Numbered from the stretch's first letter, positions 1 through 9,448 are shown. The stretch is DNA of 64,000 nucleotides from Bacteroidota bacterium (GCA_016868585.1 VGGR01000003.1:167128-231127), one strand, 5' to 3'. Made by a program: numbers and translations. The notes: generated by a model not told the origin, from the letters alone.

Positions 1-114
1 GCAACGTAAGCAAATTTCAGTTTGTTGGTCCAGGCGATCTACACCACAACCCGCACAATAATGCGGGAAAAAAAGGCAAACGGCCGCCTCTGCCCAATTG
101 GCTAATAGACCCAC
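1..114 (-). CDS. comF: ComF family protein (amidophosphoribosyltransferase-like), N-terminal part; runs off the window edge
   Basis: Not in the ORF track. Manual translation from GTG at 114 gives MGLLANWAEAAVCLFFPHYCAGCGVDRLDQQTEICLRC, with the ComF N-terminal LFFPxxCxxC...CxxC zinc-ribbon pattern. Lies directly downstream of radA. Start codon uncertain. Confidence 0.75.
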   Translation of the reverse strand, partial: MGLLANWAEAAVCLFFPHYCAGCGVDRLDQQTEICLRC

Positions 115-121
115 GGCTATA

Positions 122-1513
122 TTATCTTTCGAATAAGTAACGATAGAGTTCTTCGACCCGGGCAAGCGCCACTACTTCAATACCGCTTTGTTTGGAAGCT
201 GGTCGACCCTTTTTTTCTTTGTAATTATAACGGGAAACAATAATTTTTTCAAAGCCCAGTTTGGCACCTTCAGCAATGCGTTGTTCAATTCGGTTAACCG
301 CTCTTATTTCTCCACTCAATCCAACCTCACCGGCAAAACAAATGGTGGAGGGGAGAGGTATGTCCTCATAAGAGGAAAGTAGCGCACATAAAACGGCTAA
401 ATCAATAGAGGGATCTTCCACCTTGAGCCCTCCCGCAATATTCAGGAACACATCTTTATTGCCAAATTGAAAACCGCCTCTTTTTTCCAAAACCGCCAAT
501 AATAATTGTAAACGCCGCAGATCAAATCCACTCACTGTTCGCTGTGGTGTACCGTAAACGGATTGTGTAACCAGTGCTTGTACTTCGATCAATAGTGGCC
601 GCATTCCCTCGAGGGTGGCAGCAATAGCAATTCCACTAAGCGCTTCCTCTTTTTGTGTGAGTAATATTTCACTGGGATTAAGCACACCACGCATGCCGGT
701 TTCGCTCATCTCATAAACACCTAATTCGGCAGCACTCCCAAAACGATTCTTGAGTGTACGCAGTATCCGATAGGCATAGTGTCTGTCCCCTTCAAATTGC
801 AGGACCGTGTCTACCATATGCTCCAATACTTTGGGGCCTGCAATCTGTCCTTCTTTAGTAATGTGGCCAATCAGAAATACGGGTGTGTTGGTTGCTTTAG
901 CAAATCGTTGAAATTCTGCTGCACATTCTCTGATCTGCGATACAGATCCTGCAGAAGCATCTAAAAAAGGTGTTTGAAGTGTTTGAATCGAATCTACTAT
1001 GATCAATCCAGGTTTCAATTTTTTTATCTCCTGAAAAATTACACTGGTGTTGATTTCTGTCAATAAATAAAAATCCGGGTTTTGTAATTGTAAACGATCT
1101 GCTCTCATTTTAATCTGCTGCTCACTTTCTTCACCACTGATATAGAGTACCGAAACATTTTTCAACCCAAGCCCTGTTTGTAAAAACAAGGTTGACTTTC
1201 CAATACCCGGTTCTCCGGCAACCAATATTAAACTTCCATGCACAATTCCGCCGCCAAGTACACGATTCAATTCAGCATCGATCGTTACCATATGTCGCTC
1301 CTGATTGCTTTTAACCTGATCAAGCGTGGTGATCTTTCCTTTTCTTTTTTCTTCTCCGTAAGCAGACCAGTCCTGATGCTCCTTTGCATTGTCTTTGTGA
1401 ACGATCTCTTCTACATAACTATTCCATGTGCCACATCCAGGGCATTGGCCCAACCACTTTACGCTTTGATGACCGCAGTGTTGGCAGAAAAACATTTTTT
1501 CAGTTTTACTCAT
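122..1513 (-). CDS. radA: DNA repair protein RadA/Sms
   Basis: N-terminal CxxC...CxxC zinc finger, Walker A GEPGIGKST, KNRFG motif, Lon-like C-terminus. Confidence 0.97.
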   Translation of the reverse strand: MSKTEKMFFCQHCGHQSVKWLGQCPGCGTWNSYVEEIVHKDNAKEHQDWSAYGEEKRKGKITTLDQVKSNQERHMVTIDAELNRVLGGGIVHGSLILVAGEPGIGKSTLFLQTGLGLKNVSVLYISGEESEQQIKMRADRLQLQNPDFYLLTEINTSVIFQEIKKLKPGLIIVDSIQTLQTPFLDASAGSVSQIRECAAEFQRFAKATNTPVFLIGHITKEGQIAGPKVLEHMVDTVLQFEGDRHYAYRILRTLKNRFGSAAELGVYEMSETGMRGVLNPSEILLTQKEEALSGIAIAATLEGMRPLLIEVQALVTQSVYGTPQRTVSGFDLRRLQLLLAVLEKRGGFQFGNKDVFLNIAGGLKVEDPSIDLAVLCALLSSYEDIPLPSTICFAGEVGLSGEIRAVNRIEQRIAEGAKLGFEKIIVSRYNYKEKKGRPASKQSGIEVVALARVEELYRYLFER

Positions 1514-1516
1514 ACT

Positions 1517-1554
1517 TAAAAATGAAAAGGGCCAATCTTTCGACTGACCCTTTT
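1517..1554 (-). terminator. Intrinsic terminator-like hairpin immediately upstream of radA
   Basis: Minus strand reads AAAAGGGUCAGUC-GAAA-GAUUGGCCCUUUU followed by CAUUUUU. The 13-bp stem has two G-U wobbles and a GNRA loop, and those wobbles only pair on the minus strand. Confidence 0.75.
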
Positions 1555-1823
1555 ACTTACTAACCCATTAAATTCCTCTGCTAAATTAGCGAGTGAGGGG
1601 TAATTTTTAAAAAAAAATTTAGTGGGTGTGCATAACTTTTGGGTTGTCACAACTGGTTGACAGCGGCGGTAAATGGTGGAAAGATATATGTCTAATAGAT
1701 TGATAATCAATAATAAAATATTTTTTTTACCGTCGAACCGGGGGTAACCCTCAGTTTTAAATATTTTTTAGCATTCTTAGGATGACAAAAAGACTCATTT
1801 AAAAGAGGCCGAGCCATTGGCGC

Positions 1824-1831
1824 TAAATTTG
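1824..1831 (+). promoter_or_regulatory. Bacteroidota -7 promoter element (TAAATTTG)
   Basis: Matches the TAnnTTTG consensus, about 35 nt upstream of the ATG at 1865. Confidence 0.65.
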
Positions 1832-1864
1832 TAGTAATATTGAGTACTAAAATATTCAATTTAC

Positions 1865-2557
1865 ATGACCGACGAAATTATGTTTGTCTCCATTCTGTTC
1901 CTGGGGATCAGCTTTTTGGTGTCTTCCATCTTAAAGGGGAAGTTTAGCCGTTACAGTAAGCTTCAGTTGTCTAAAGGCTTGTCAGGCAAGGCGATAGCTG
2001 AGAAAATGCTGCGTGAAAACGGTATTTATGACGTAACGGTAACCTCCGTGGAAGGGTTTCTTTCCGATCATTATAACCCGCTCAATAAAACAGTGAATCT
2101 GAGCCCTGACGTTTACCACGGGGCTTCTGTTTCAGCTGCTGCCGTTGCCGCCCACGAATGTGGCCACGCCGTACAACATGCAACAGCCTATGGTCCCCTG
2201 GTTTTCAGAAGTCGCATGGTACCTGTAGTTCAGTTTAGCTCTACCATCGTAAACTGGGTATTAATGGCCGGTATCATCATGTTGGCAGTAAGTAATGATG
2301 CAACGGTGTTGTTGATTGGTATCATCATGATGTCTCTTACGGTTTTATTTAGTTTGATCACCTTGCCTGTGGAGTTTGACGCCAGCAAGCGCGCCTTGGC
2401 ATGGCTGGAACAAACCAATGTTACCAACTCAGAGGAATATCCATTGGCAAAAGATGCATTGAAATGGGCCGCTACTACTTATGTTGTTGCTGCACTTGCT
2501 GCGGTGGTTACGCTGATTCAGTATATCATGATTTACCTGAACAACCGCGAACGCTAG
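1865..2557 (+). CDS. Putative neutral zinc metallopeptidase (YugP / Zn_peptidase_2 family), membrane-bound
   Basis: LSDHYNP, AAHECGHAVQH (HExxH) and TLPVEFDASKRAL motifs; hydrophobic segments. Confidence 0.9.
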   Translation: MTDEIMFVSILFLGISFLVSSILKGKFSRYSKLQLSKGLSGKAIAEKMLRENGIYDVTVTSVEGFLSDHYNPLNKTVNLSPDVYHGASVSAAAVAAHECGHAVQHATAYGPLVFRSRMVPVVQFSSTIVNWVLMAGIIMLAVSNDATVLLIGIIMMSLTVLFSLITLPVEFDASKRALAWLEQTNVTNSEEYPLAKDALKWAATTYVVAALAAVVTLIQYIMIYLNNRER

Positions 2558-2567
2558 TGTAGTAGTC

Positions 2568-4124
2568 TCAGGAGAGTTTTATCTCTTCTTCGTTATTATC
2601 AAAAAAACGATATTCGGTCAGATGGTAGGAGCTGTCTGCAACGACAGTTGTTTTCTGACCGAATTTTTTATTCCATACCGCCATCTTGGTTTTCCAGAAC
2701 CAACCCTTAGTGAGGTAGGCATAGAGAATGGGATGTACAATTAACTTGAATTGTTGGTGTTTATGGGTAATCAGATAGCATAAGTTCTTTTCGATCTCAT
2801 CTTCCAGCAATAAGGTTGAAGTAATTTTTCCGGTACCATTACAGGTTGGACAAGCTTCTTGTGTGTTGATGATTACCTCTGGCTTCATGCGCTGGCGGGT
2901 AATCTGCATGATGCCAAATTTGGAGATGGGAAGTACGGTGTGCTTTGCCCGGTCCTGAGATAAGCACTCTTCCATTTTATCATGAAGTTTGCGTTTGTTT
3001 TCCGGCAACTTCATATCAATAAAATCTACTACAATAATGCCTCCCAGGTCGCGCAATCGTAACTGGCGTGCAATTTCCTCCGCGGCCTCAAGATTTGTTT
3101 CCAGTGAATTTTGTTCCTGGTTACTTTCCAAGTTTTTATAACCACTGTTTACATCAATTACATGCAAGGCTTCGGTATGTTCAATAATGATATAAGCGCC
3201 ACTATCCAGATTAACTGTTTGCCCAAATGCAGATTTTACTTGTTTGGTAATTCCATAGGTATCGTAAATGGAGGAATCGCTTCCATAAAAGGAAACAATT
3301 TCTTCTTTTTCAGGCGCTATGCGTTGGATATAACTTTTAGTATCGCTATAAAGCGTTTTATCGTTGATTACAATGCGATTAAATTCTGCATTGAGCAAGT
3401 CACGCAGCATGCTTGTGGTCTTGGTTTGTTCACTCAGAATTTTTGCCGGAGGAGCAGCGCCTTTTAAATTCTGTTGAATGGTAGTCCAAGTAGCAGTAAG
3501 TGTAACCAGGTCCTCGTGCAGGTCCGCTGTTTTTTTGCCTTCGGCCGCTGTACGAACTATAACGCCAAAATTCTTAGGCTTAATGGCTTCAATCAGTTTT
3601 TGCAAACGTTTTCTTTCCTCAGACGAATGTATTTTTCGGGATACGGCCACCACATCATTAAATGGAGTCAACACCACAAACCGGCCGGGTAGTGAAATTT
3701 CACAGCTTAAGCGAGGTCCTTTAGCAGCGATGGGTTCTTTTAAGATCTGCACCAGCACGGAGGGTTTTCCGTTCATCACTTCGCTGATTTTTCCTGTTTT
3801 TAGAATTTCAGGTTCAACGGTAAACTTGCTAAAGTCCAATCCTTTCTCACTTTGATCATTCACGGAAAATTGAGTGAACTTCAACAGCGATTTGATGTAG
3901 GGGCTTAGGTCTGTATAGTGGAGAAAGGCGTCTTTTTCAAATCCTACATCCACAAAAGCTGCATTTAGGCCGGGAATTAGTTTTTTAACCTTTCCCAGGT
4001 AGAGATCGCCCACCGCAAAACGGGCGTCGCTTTTCTCGTTATGTAATTCAACGAGTTTCTTATCCTCAAGCAAGGCTATTTCCACACCTTGCCCGGTGAC
4101 ATTGATGATTAATTCTTTGTTCAT
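2568..4124 (-). CDS. Rne/Rng family ribonuclease (RNase G-like, no long C-terminal scaffold)
   Basis: S1 domain (GDLYLGKVKKLIPGLNAAFVDVG), IDVNSG and LRLRDLGGIIVVDFIDM motifs, CPTCNGTG Zn-link. Confidence 0.95.
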   Translation of the reverse strand: MNKELIINVTGQGVEIALLEDKKLVELHNEKSDARFAVGDLYLGKVKKLIPGLNAAFVDVGFEKDAFLHYTDLSPYIKSLLKFTQFSVNDQSEKGLDFSKFTVEPEILKTGKISEVMNGKPSVLVQILKEPIAAKGPRLSCEISLPGRFVVLTPFNDVVAVSRKIHSSEERKRLQKLIEAIKPKNFGVIVRTAAEGKKTADLHEDLVTLTATWTTIQQNLKGAAPPAKILSEQTKTTSMLRDLLNAEFNRIVINDKTLYSDTKSYIQRIAPEKEEIVSFYGSDSSIYDTYGITKQVKSAFGQTVNLDSGAYIIIEHTEALHVIDVNSGYKNLESNQEQNSLETNLEAAEEIARQLRLRDLGGIIVVDFIDMKLPENKRKLHDKMEECLSQDRAKHTVLPISKFGIMQITRQRMKPEVIINTQEACPTCNGTGKITSTLLLEDEIEKNLCYLITHKHQQFKLIVHPILYAYLTKGWFWKTKMAVWNKKFGQKTTVVADSSYHLTEYRFFDNNEEEIKLS

Positions 4125-4316
4125 TACAACTTGGATACTGTATTGCCTATGGAACCTGTCCCACCAATTGTATGGGCAGGGGCGGTAAACACCGGCTGAC
4201 TAAATACGCAATTGCGTAAACGGCTACAATGTTCGAGAACAGTTTCGAATAAATAGTCGGAAACAACCGGAGACTGAAAACAAAAAGCAAGTACCGGGCC
4301 AAGAAGGGCCGATTAC

Positions 4317-4412
4317 TTATTTGTTTCTCTTCTTATGACGATTTTTTCTCAGTCTTTTTTTACGCTTGTGAGTCGCAATCTTATGACGCTTCCTCTTTTT
4401 ACCACAAGGCAT
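4317..4412 (-). CDS. Small basic ribosomal protein bS22-like (AURKAIP1/COX24, mS38-related), 31 aa
   Basis: Below the ORF-track cutoff. Manual translation MPCGKKRKRHKIATHKRKKRLRKNRHKKRNK*; matches the MPxGKKRKRHKxATHKRKKR pattern of this family. Confidence 0.85.
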   Translation of the reverse strand: MPCGKKRKRHKIATHKRKKRLRKNRHKKRNK

Positions 4413-4462
4413 ACCAGAATTTTTTTTATTTGTTAAAAATTAGTTTTCAATTTGTTTTGGAA

Positions 4463-5311
4463 CTATTGCTTGAGTGCTCCGATCCTATCCTTTATAGCTT
4501 GTCTGATTTCAGGTTGTGCAATCAGTTGCATGCTTTTTTCATACCACTTTATAGCTTCCTTCTTGTCGTCCGTTCTTTCATAGAGGTCTGCCAGTAGCAA
4601 ATGGGCTTCTATGTTTTGAGGGGTTACCTGAATTACAGTTTGTAAACGAGTTATTCCTTTATCAAACTGTCCGGACAGCATGGAAGCTTTTACCAGGGTT
4701 AGTTGAGCGTAAACATTGGCACTGTCTCGCTGAACTACTTCCCGGATAAGTGCAATTCCTTCCATGGGGCTGTTATTGATGTTGCCAAACAAGTAGCAAG
4801 CACCCAGTCCAACCTTGGTGGAATCGTTATTGGGATTGATCTTCAAAGAGCGCTCGTATAGGTCCTTGGCTTGCAAAGCTTTCCATTGGCGTCGTGGGCC
4901 ATCCGGATCCTCTTGCAGGTTATCCAGGAACAAACGGGCTGCGAAGTTGAGGCTTTTTTCGGAATTTTCCAATCGTGCAGCAAGAGCTTCGTTCCAGGCA
5001 TATAGTTCAAAAAAATTAACCTTTTCTGACCAAAAATGGGCAAGTTCGTGATAGGCAGCAAGTTGCGCAGCAAGCGTGGAGGCTGATCTAAGCTTTTGCT
5101 CCAAGTTTTTCAGCGCTAAATTAAATTGGTCTGATATGTTTTTTTCTGCCGAACTACGGGCAGAGTCAATGGAAAAAGAGTTGGCAGATGCAGTAGTTGC
5201 TATAGTTGGTTTGCTAACCTTTTCTTTTTCAGGGACAAAGCGACCAAAAACAAAAAGAATGAATACCAGGGACAAGCCAATGCCCGCCAATATCAATTGG
5301 GGTTTTTTCAC
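4463..5311 (-). CDS. Tetratricopeptide-repeat protein with N-terminal membrane anchor
   Basis: Hydrophobic N-terminus and TPR-like helical repeats; TAACTTTG -7 element at 5329-5336 on the minus strand. Confidence 0.75.
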   Translation of the reverse strand: MKKPQLILAGIGLSLVFILFVFGRFVPEKEKVSKPTIATTASANSFSIDSARSSAEKNISDQFNLALKNLEQKLRSASTLAAQLAAYHELAHFWSEKVNFFELYAWNEALAARLENSEKSLNFAARLFLDNLQEDPDGPRRQWKALQAKDLYERSLKINPNNDSTKVGLGACYLFGNINNSPMEGIALIREVVQRDSANVYAQLTLVKASMLSGQFDKGITRLQTVIQVTPQNIEAHLLLADLYERTDDKKEAIKWYEKSMQLIAQPEIRQAIKDRIGALKQ

Positions 5312-5355
5312 GATCTAAATTTTTCAGGCAAAGTTACCGGATTGATAGCTTAACC

Positions 5356-5667
5356 TTATTCACCAGGTCCGGTGTCGGGTTTGGGCTCTTTCAGTTTCTT
5401 CACCTCGGCAACAAATTCTTTTGCAGGTTTAAAGGCGGGAATGTAATGTTCCGGAATGTGAACGGCCACATTTTTCTTGATATTTCGGCCAATTTTCGCG
5501 GCCCGCTTCTTTGTGATGAAACTGCCGAATCCCCTTATGTAAATGTTTTCGCCACCAGCAAGTGTATCTTTGACTTCCTTGAACATAGTTTCAAGAGCCA
5601 TAAGGACATCCACCTTAGGTATGCCAGTTTTTTCCGCGATCTGATTTACAAGGTCGGCCTTTCTCAT
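5356..5667 (-). CDS. HU/IHF family DNA-binding protein
   Basis: MRKADLV...GENIYIRGFGSF...KKRAAKIGRN...PAFKP, the Bac_DNA_binding fold signature. Confidence 0.93.
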   Translation of the reverse strand: MRKADLVNQIAEKTGIPKVDVLMALETMFKEVKDTLAGGENIYIRGFGSFITKKRAAKIGRNIKKNVAVHIPEHYIPAFKPAKEFVAEVKKLKEPKPDTGPGE

Positions 5668-5758
5668 GATGCGTGTTTTGGGTTTACTCTGCCAAATTAA
5701 GTTTAAATATTGTGATTATCAAATAAATAGGTGTATTTTTTTTTAGCTTTATAGTGCA

Positions 5759-6847
5759 ATGCTCCTCAAAAAGTCTAAAAGCTCCTTTTCTTCCACCCTT
5801 TTTGCATGGAATTTGACAAAAAACCATCGAAAAATGCCCTGGAAAGGAGAAAAAGACCCCTACAGGATCTGGTTAAGTGAGATTATTTTACAGCAAACGA
5901 GGGTGGAGCAAGGATTGGGATATTATAAGCGGATGCTAAAAGCGTATCCGACGGTTAAAAAGCTTGCAAAAGCTGATGATAATCAAGTGTTTAAAATTTG
6001 GGAGGGCTTGGGCTACTATTCCCGGTGCAGAAATTTGCTGGAAACGGCTCGATTTATTGCTGACAAAAAGAGGGGGGTCTTTCCTGACTCTTTTGAGGAG
6101 CTAAAGTCGCTGAAGGGGGTGGGGCCTTACACCGCAGCGGCCATTGCCTCTTTTGCCTTTGATCTGCCTCATGCGGTGGTGGATGGGAATGTGTTTCGCG
6201 TACTGGCCAGGGTTTTTGGTATAGAACTCCCTATTGACTCAACTGAAGGCAAAAAGAAATTTACCGAATTGGCCAATTCCATGATGGATCGTGAACAACC
6301 TGGTACTTATAATCAGGCAATCATGGATTTTGGTGCTACCATTTGTAAGCCACGTGCACCCAATTGTCAAAGCTGTCCCTTTAAAAAAACCTGTCTTGCC
6401 TTTCTGGGGAAAAAAGTTAGCCAATTGCCCGTTAAGCATAAAAAGATTGTATTGAAGCATCGGTGGTTTTATTTTCTATTGCCTTCCTATCGGGGTCAAT
6501 TGCCTGTAAAAATTCGTACTGAAAAAGATATTTGGCAGGGTCTGGCTGCTTTTCCGATGTTGGAAAGGGAAAAAGAAACCTCCATAAAAGCATTATTGAA
6601 GTTGGCAGAGAAAAACAAACTGATTCCGGCCAATGCTTATGTTGTTGAGTCCATTTCGGCGCTTTATCGGCAAACATTGTCTCATCAGCTTATTGCTGGG
6701 CAATTTATTCGTATCCGATTGCGAAAGAAACCTGCACTGGATAAAGAATGGAAATGGCAGCACGCTGATGCACTGAAATCCCAAGCCTTTCCACAGCTGA
6801 TCAATCAATATTTATCCGCAATTGCCACTCAAACTATTCTATTCTAA
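5759..6847 (+). CDS. mutY: A/G-specific adenine glycosylase MutY
   Basis: WLSEIILQQTRV, WEGLGYYSRCRNL, HhH LKGVGPYTAAAIAS, VVDGNV, [4Fe-4S] Cys cluster (CKPRAPNCQSCPFKKTC). Confidence 0.96.
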   Translation: MLLKKSKSSFSSTLFAWNLTKNHRKMPWKGEKDPYRIWLSEIILQQTRVEQGLGYYKRMLKAYPTVKKLAKADDNQVFKIWEGLGYYSRCRNLLETARFIADKKRGVFPDSFEELKSLKGVGPYTAAAIASFAFDLPHAVVDGNVFRVLARVFGIELPIDSTEGKKKFTELANSMMDREQPGTYNQAIMDFGATICKPRAPNCQSCPFKKTCLAFLGKKVSQLPVKHKKIVLKHRWFYFLLPSYRGQLPVKIRTEKDIWQGLAAFPMLEREKETSIKALLKLAEKNKLIPANAYVVESISALYRQTLSHQLIAGQFIRIRLRKKPALDKEWKWQHADALKSQAFPQLINQYLSAIATQTILF

Positions 6848-6900
6848 GCATACGCGGTAAATTCAATAAATTTGTAACGCGTTAATCAAAAACAATTCGC

Positions 6901-8229
6901 TTGGAGCCTCCGTCATACGGACTAATAATTGTTCCCCATTTATTACTCAACGTCCTGGCTGTAGTGCCACAAGGAGTTACTTTCCTGGTTGTGCTATTGG
7001 TGCTACTGTTGCTTTTATCCTTTGTGATTGCCGGTAACGAGGCTGCGCTATTTTCGCTATCCAAAAAAGATATTGATATCCTTAAGACCAAGCAACATGA
7101 ATCTGCCCGACGAATAGTGCAATTGCTGGCTGCGCCCAAACAGCTATATGCCACACTACTCATATCAGGTACGTTTGTCAATATTTGCAGTATCTTATTG
7201 GCAAACTATCTCTTACTACCCTTGTTCCCTTCGGGATGGCTGGCCGTTTTGGTTCGTATTTTACTACTTGTTTTTTTAGTTTTTTTTACTGCAAGAATAC
7301 TTCCAAGGATCTGGGGTACGCAACACAATCTTCGCTTTGCCCATGATTGGTCTTTTGTGGCAGGGGGACTAAACGCCATGTTATACGGCTTTAGCAATTG
7401 GATAGTGAAACTGGCCGATCAACTAGCAAGAACCACCGGCGCAAACCGATTGCAGAAGATCAGCAAACAAGAATTAGACGAGGCTATTGAATTTAAATCT
7501 GATGGGGAAGCAACTCCGGCAGAGCAAAATATCATGAGGGGTATGGTTAAGTTTGGTGATATTGCCGTTAAACAAATCATGCGAAGCCGGCTGGATGTTT
7601 CCGGTATTGACTATAAACTTTCTTTTGCTGATTTGTTACAACGTGTTCAAGAATTACATTATTCAAGATTGCCCGTGTATAAGGGAAGTTTAGATGAAGT
7701 AGTGGGGATACTTAATACAAAGGACTTACTTCCTCACTTGGACGCCGCCGCTGATTTCGATTGGCATCAATTATTACGCGCCCCTTATTTTGTTCCGGAG
7801 CCCAAACTTATTGAGGACTTGCTAAAAACGTTTCAGCAGCAACGGATTCATTTTGCGGTGGTGGTGGACGAGTTTGGAGGAACCAGTGGAATAGTTACGA
7901 TGGAGGATATTCTGGAAGAAGTAATTGGGGATATCCGCGATGAGTTCGATGAGGAGGAAATCACCGGGCAACAACTAGATAATCATACCTTTCTATTCGA
8001 AGGTAAAACCCTGCTGACTGATTTATGCAGGGCGCTATCAGTTCCTTCGGATACATTCGAAGCAGTAAAAGGAAACAGTGATTCGTTGGCCGGATTATTA
8101 TCGGAACGCGTGGGTGCGCTGCCTGCAAAAGGTCAAGTAATCGTTTTTGGAGATTTTGAATTTAAAGTAGTGGAGTTGGAACACAATAGCATCCAACGTG
8201 TTCAAGTATCTATTCATTATTCCTCTTGA
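6901..8229 (+). CDS. gldE: Gliding motility-associated protein GldE (CNNM/DUF21-CBS-CorC hemolysin-like)
   Basis: DUF21 TM region, CBS pair (YSRLPVY, AVVVDEFGGTSGIVTMEDILEEVIGDIRDEFD), CorC domain; adjacent to gldD. TTG start. Confidence 0.85.
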   Translation: MEPPSYGLIIVPHLLLNVLAVVPQGVTFLVVLLVLLLLLSFVIAGNEAALFSLSKKDIDILKTKQHESARRIVQLLAAPKQLYATLLISGTFVNICSILLANYLLLPLFPSGWLAVLVRILLLVFLVFFTARILPRIWGTQHNLRFAHDWSFVAGGLNAMLYGFSNWIVKLADQLARTTGANRLQKISKQELDEAIEFKSDGEATPAEQNIMRGMVKFGDIAVKQIMRSRLDVSGIDYKLSFADLLQRVQELHYSRLPVYKGSLDEVVGILNTKDLLPHLDAAADFDWHQLLRAPYFVPEPKLIEDLLKTFQQQRIHFAVVVDEFGGTSGIVTMEDILEEVIGDIRDEFDEEEITGQQLDNHTFLFEGKTLLTDLCRALSVPSDTFEAVKGNSDSLAGLLSERVGALPAKGQVIVFGDFEFKVVELEHNSIQRVQVSIHYSS

Positions 8230-8233
8230 AAAA

Positions 8234-8848
8234 ATGCGCCTGATAAGTTTCATAGGATTTTTCTTATTCGCGGCTGCAGCAATCAGTAGCTGTAACAGTC
8301 CATATACAGTAGGGAAAAAGCGAGGCTATTTTGCTATTGAATTCCCTGCCAAGCAATACCAGCATTTTGATCAGCCTGGATATCCTTATACATTTGAATA
8401 CCCGGTATATGCACAAGTGAAAAAAGATTCTACATTTTTTCAGGATCGGGCAGAGGATTGGTGGATCAATATTGAATTTCCTCGTTTTGCCGGAAGCATT
8501 CATATTAGTTACAAACCGATCGATAACAACAATAAGCTTGATTCTTTAGTGGAAGATGGATTTAGAATGGCCTACCGTCAACACATCAACATCGCTACCG
8601 GAATTAAAGACAGTGTATTCCAAACGTCTGTGGGCATAGAGGGAATTTATTTTGATTTAGGAGGAAATACCGCCACGGCCAATCAATTTTTTGTAACTGA
8701 CTCTACGCAACATTTTTTAAGGGGGGCACTTTATTTTGATGCAACCCCCAACGCAGATTCATTGGGGGTGGTGAATAATTTTTTAAAAGAAGATTTGTTG
8801 CATTTGATTCAAACACTCCGGTGGAGAAACGCGGGCAATAAAAAATAA
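8234..8848 (+). CDS. gldD: Gliding motility lipoprotein GldD
   Basis: Lipobox [37 protein letters not shown] motifs. ATG 8234 preferred over the longer overlapping start at 8198. Confidence 0.9.
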   Translation: MRLISFIGFFLFAAAAISSCNSPYTVGKKRGYFAIEFPAKQYQHFDQPGYPYTFEYPVYAQVKKDSTFFQDRAEDWWINIEFPRFAGSIHISYKPIDNNNKLDSLVEDGFRMAYRQHINIATGIKDSVFQTSVGIEGIYFDLGGNTATANQFFVTDSTQHFLRGALYFDATPNADSLGVVNNFLKEDLLHLIQTLRWRNAGNKK

Positions 8849-8850
8849 GC

Positions 8851-9419
8851 ATGCTACTTGTAGACAATAAAATTATCAGCGACGATGTGCTTGAGAAGCA
8901 ATTTGTATGCGATCTGACCAAATGCAAAGGGGCTTGTTGTGAGGATGGCGATGCTGGAGCACCCCTAAAGGAAGCAGAAAAAACCATCATCGAACCGTGT
9001 ATGAAATAATAAGTCCCTATTTAACTAAGGAGGCCGTAAAGGAGCTTAAAAAAAATGGAAAGTATGTTTGACGCGATGAATTTGGTTGGGTTACTCCTAC
9101 CTTACCCAGCGATAAGGAAATTTGTGTGTACGGCTTACGCGAAAAAAACGGAACCATCCATTGTGCTTTTGAAAAAGCCTATGTCGAAAAAAAAATAGAT
9201 TGGGGAAAGCCCGTTAGTTGTCACCTGTATCCAATCATAGCCGATCAGAGTGAATATGCCACTACAGAACGGATCAATTACGAACCCCAACCAAAAGTGT
9301 GCTTGCCGGCCGGCCAATTGGGTAAGAAACTAAAAGAACCCATTGTTCGTAAATGGGGGTTGCCTTTTTGGAAAGCCCTGAATAAGTTGGCAAAAGGTGA
9401 ATGGAAACAAAAAGAGTAG
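8851..9419 (+). pseudogene. DUF3109-family gene, disrupted
   Basis: Frame 1 from ATG 8851 gives [39 protein letters not shown] and stops at TAA 9007-9009. Homology continues one base out of frame from about 8997 ([35 protein letters not shown]...CAFEKAY...KPVSCHLYPI) with an in-frame TGA at 9069-9071. Confidence 0.8.
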
Positions 9420-9448
9420 TTTATCTTCGAGAGTACTGCAGCATTTAT

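Noticed and set aside
1516-1710. 64-aa minus-strand ORF upstream of radA
   Set aside because: TTG start, runs through an AT-rich promoter region and the terminator hairpin, and has no recognisable motif; likely spurious.
9069-9071. In-frame TGA as possible selenocysteine or stop-codon recoding
   Set aside because: The same gene also has a frameshift, the position does not look like a conserved Cys, and TGA is used as a normal stop elsewhere (rplM, purH).
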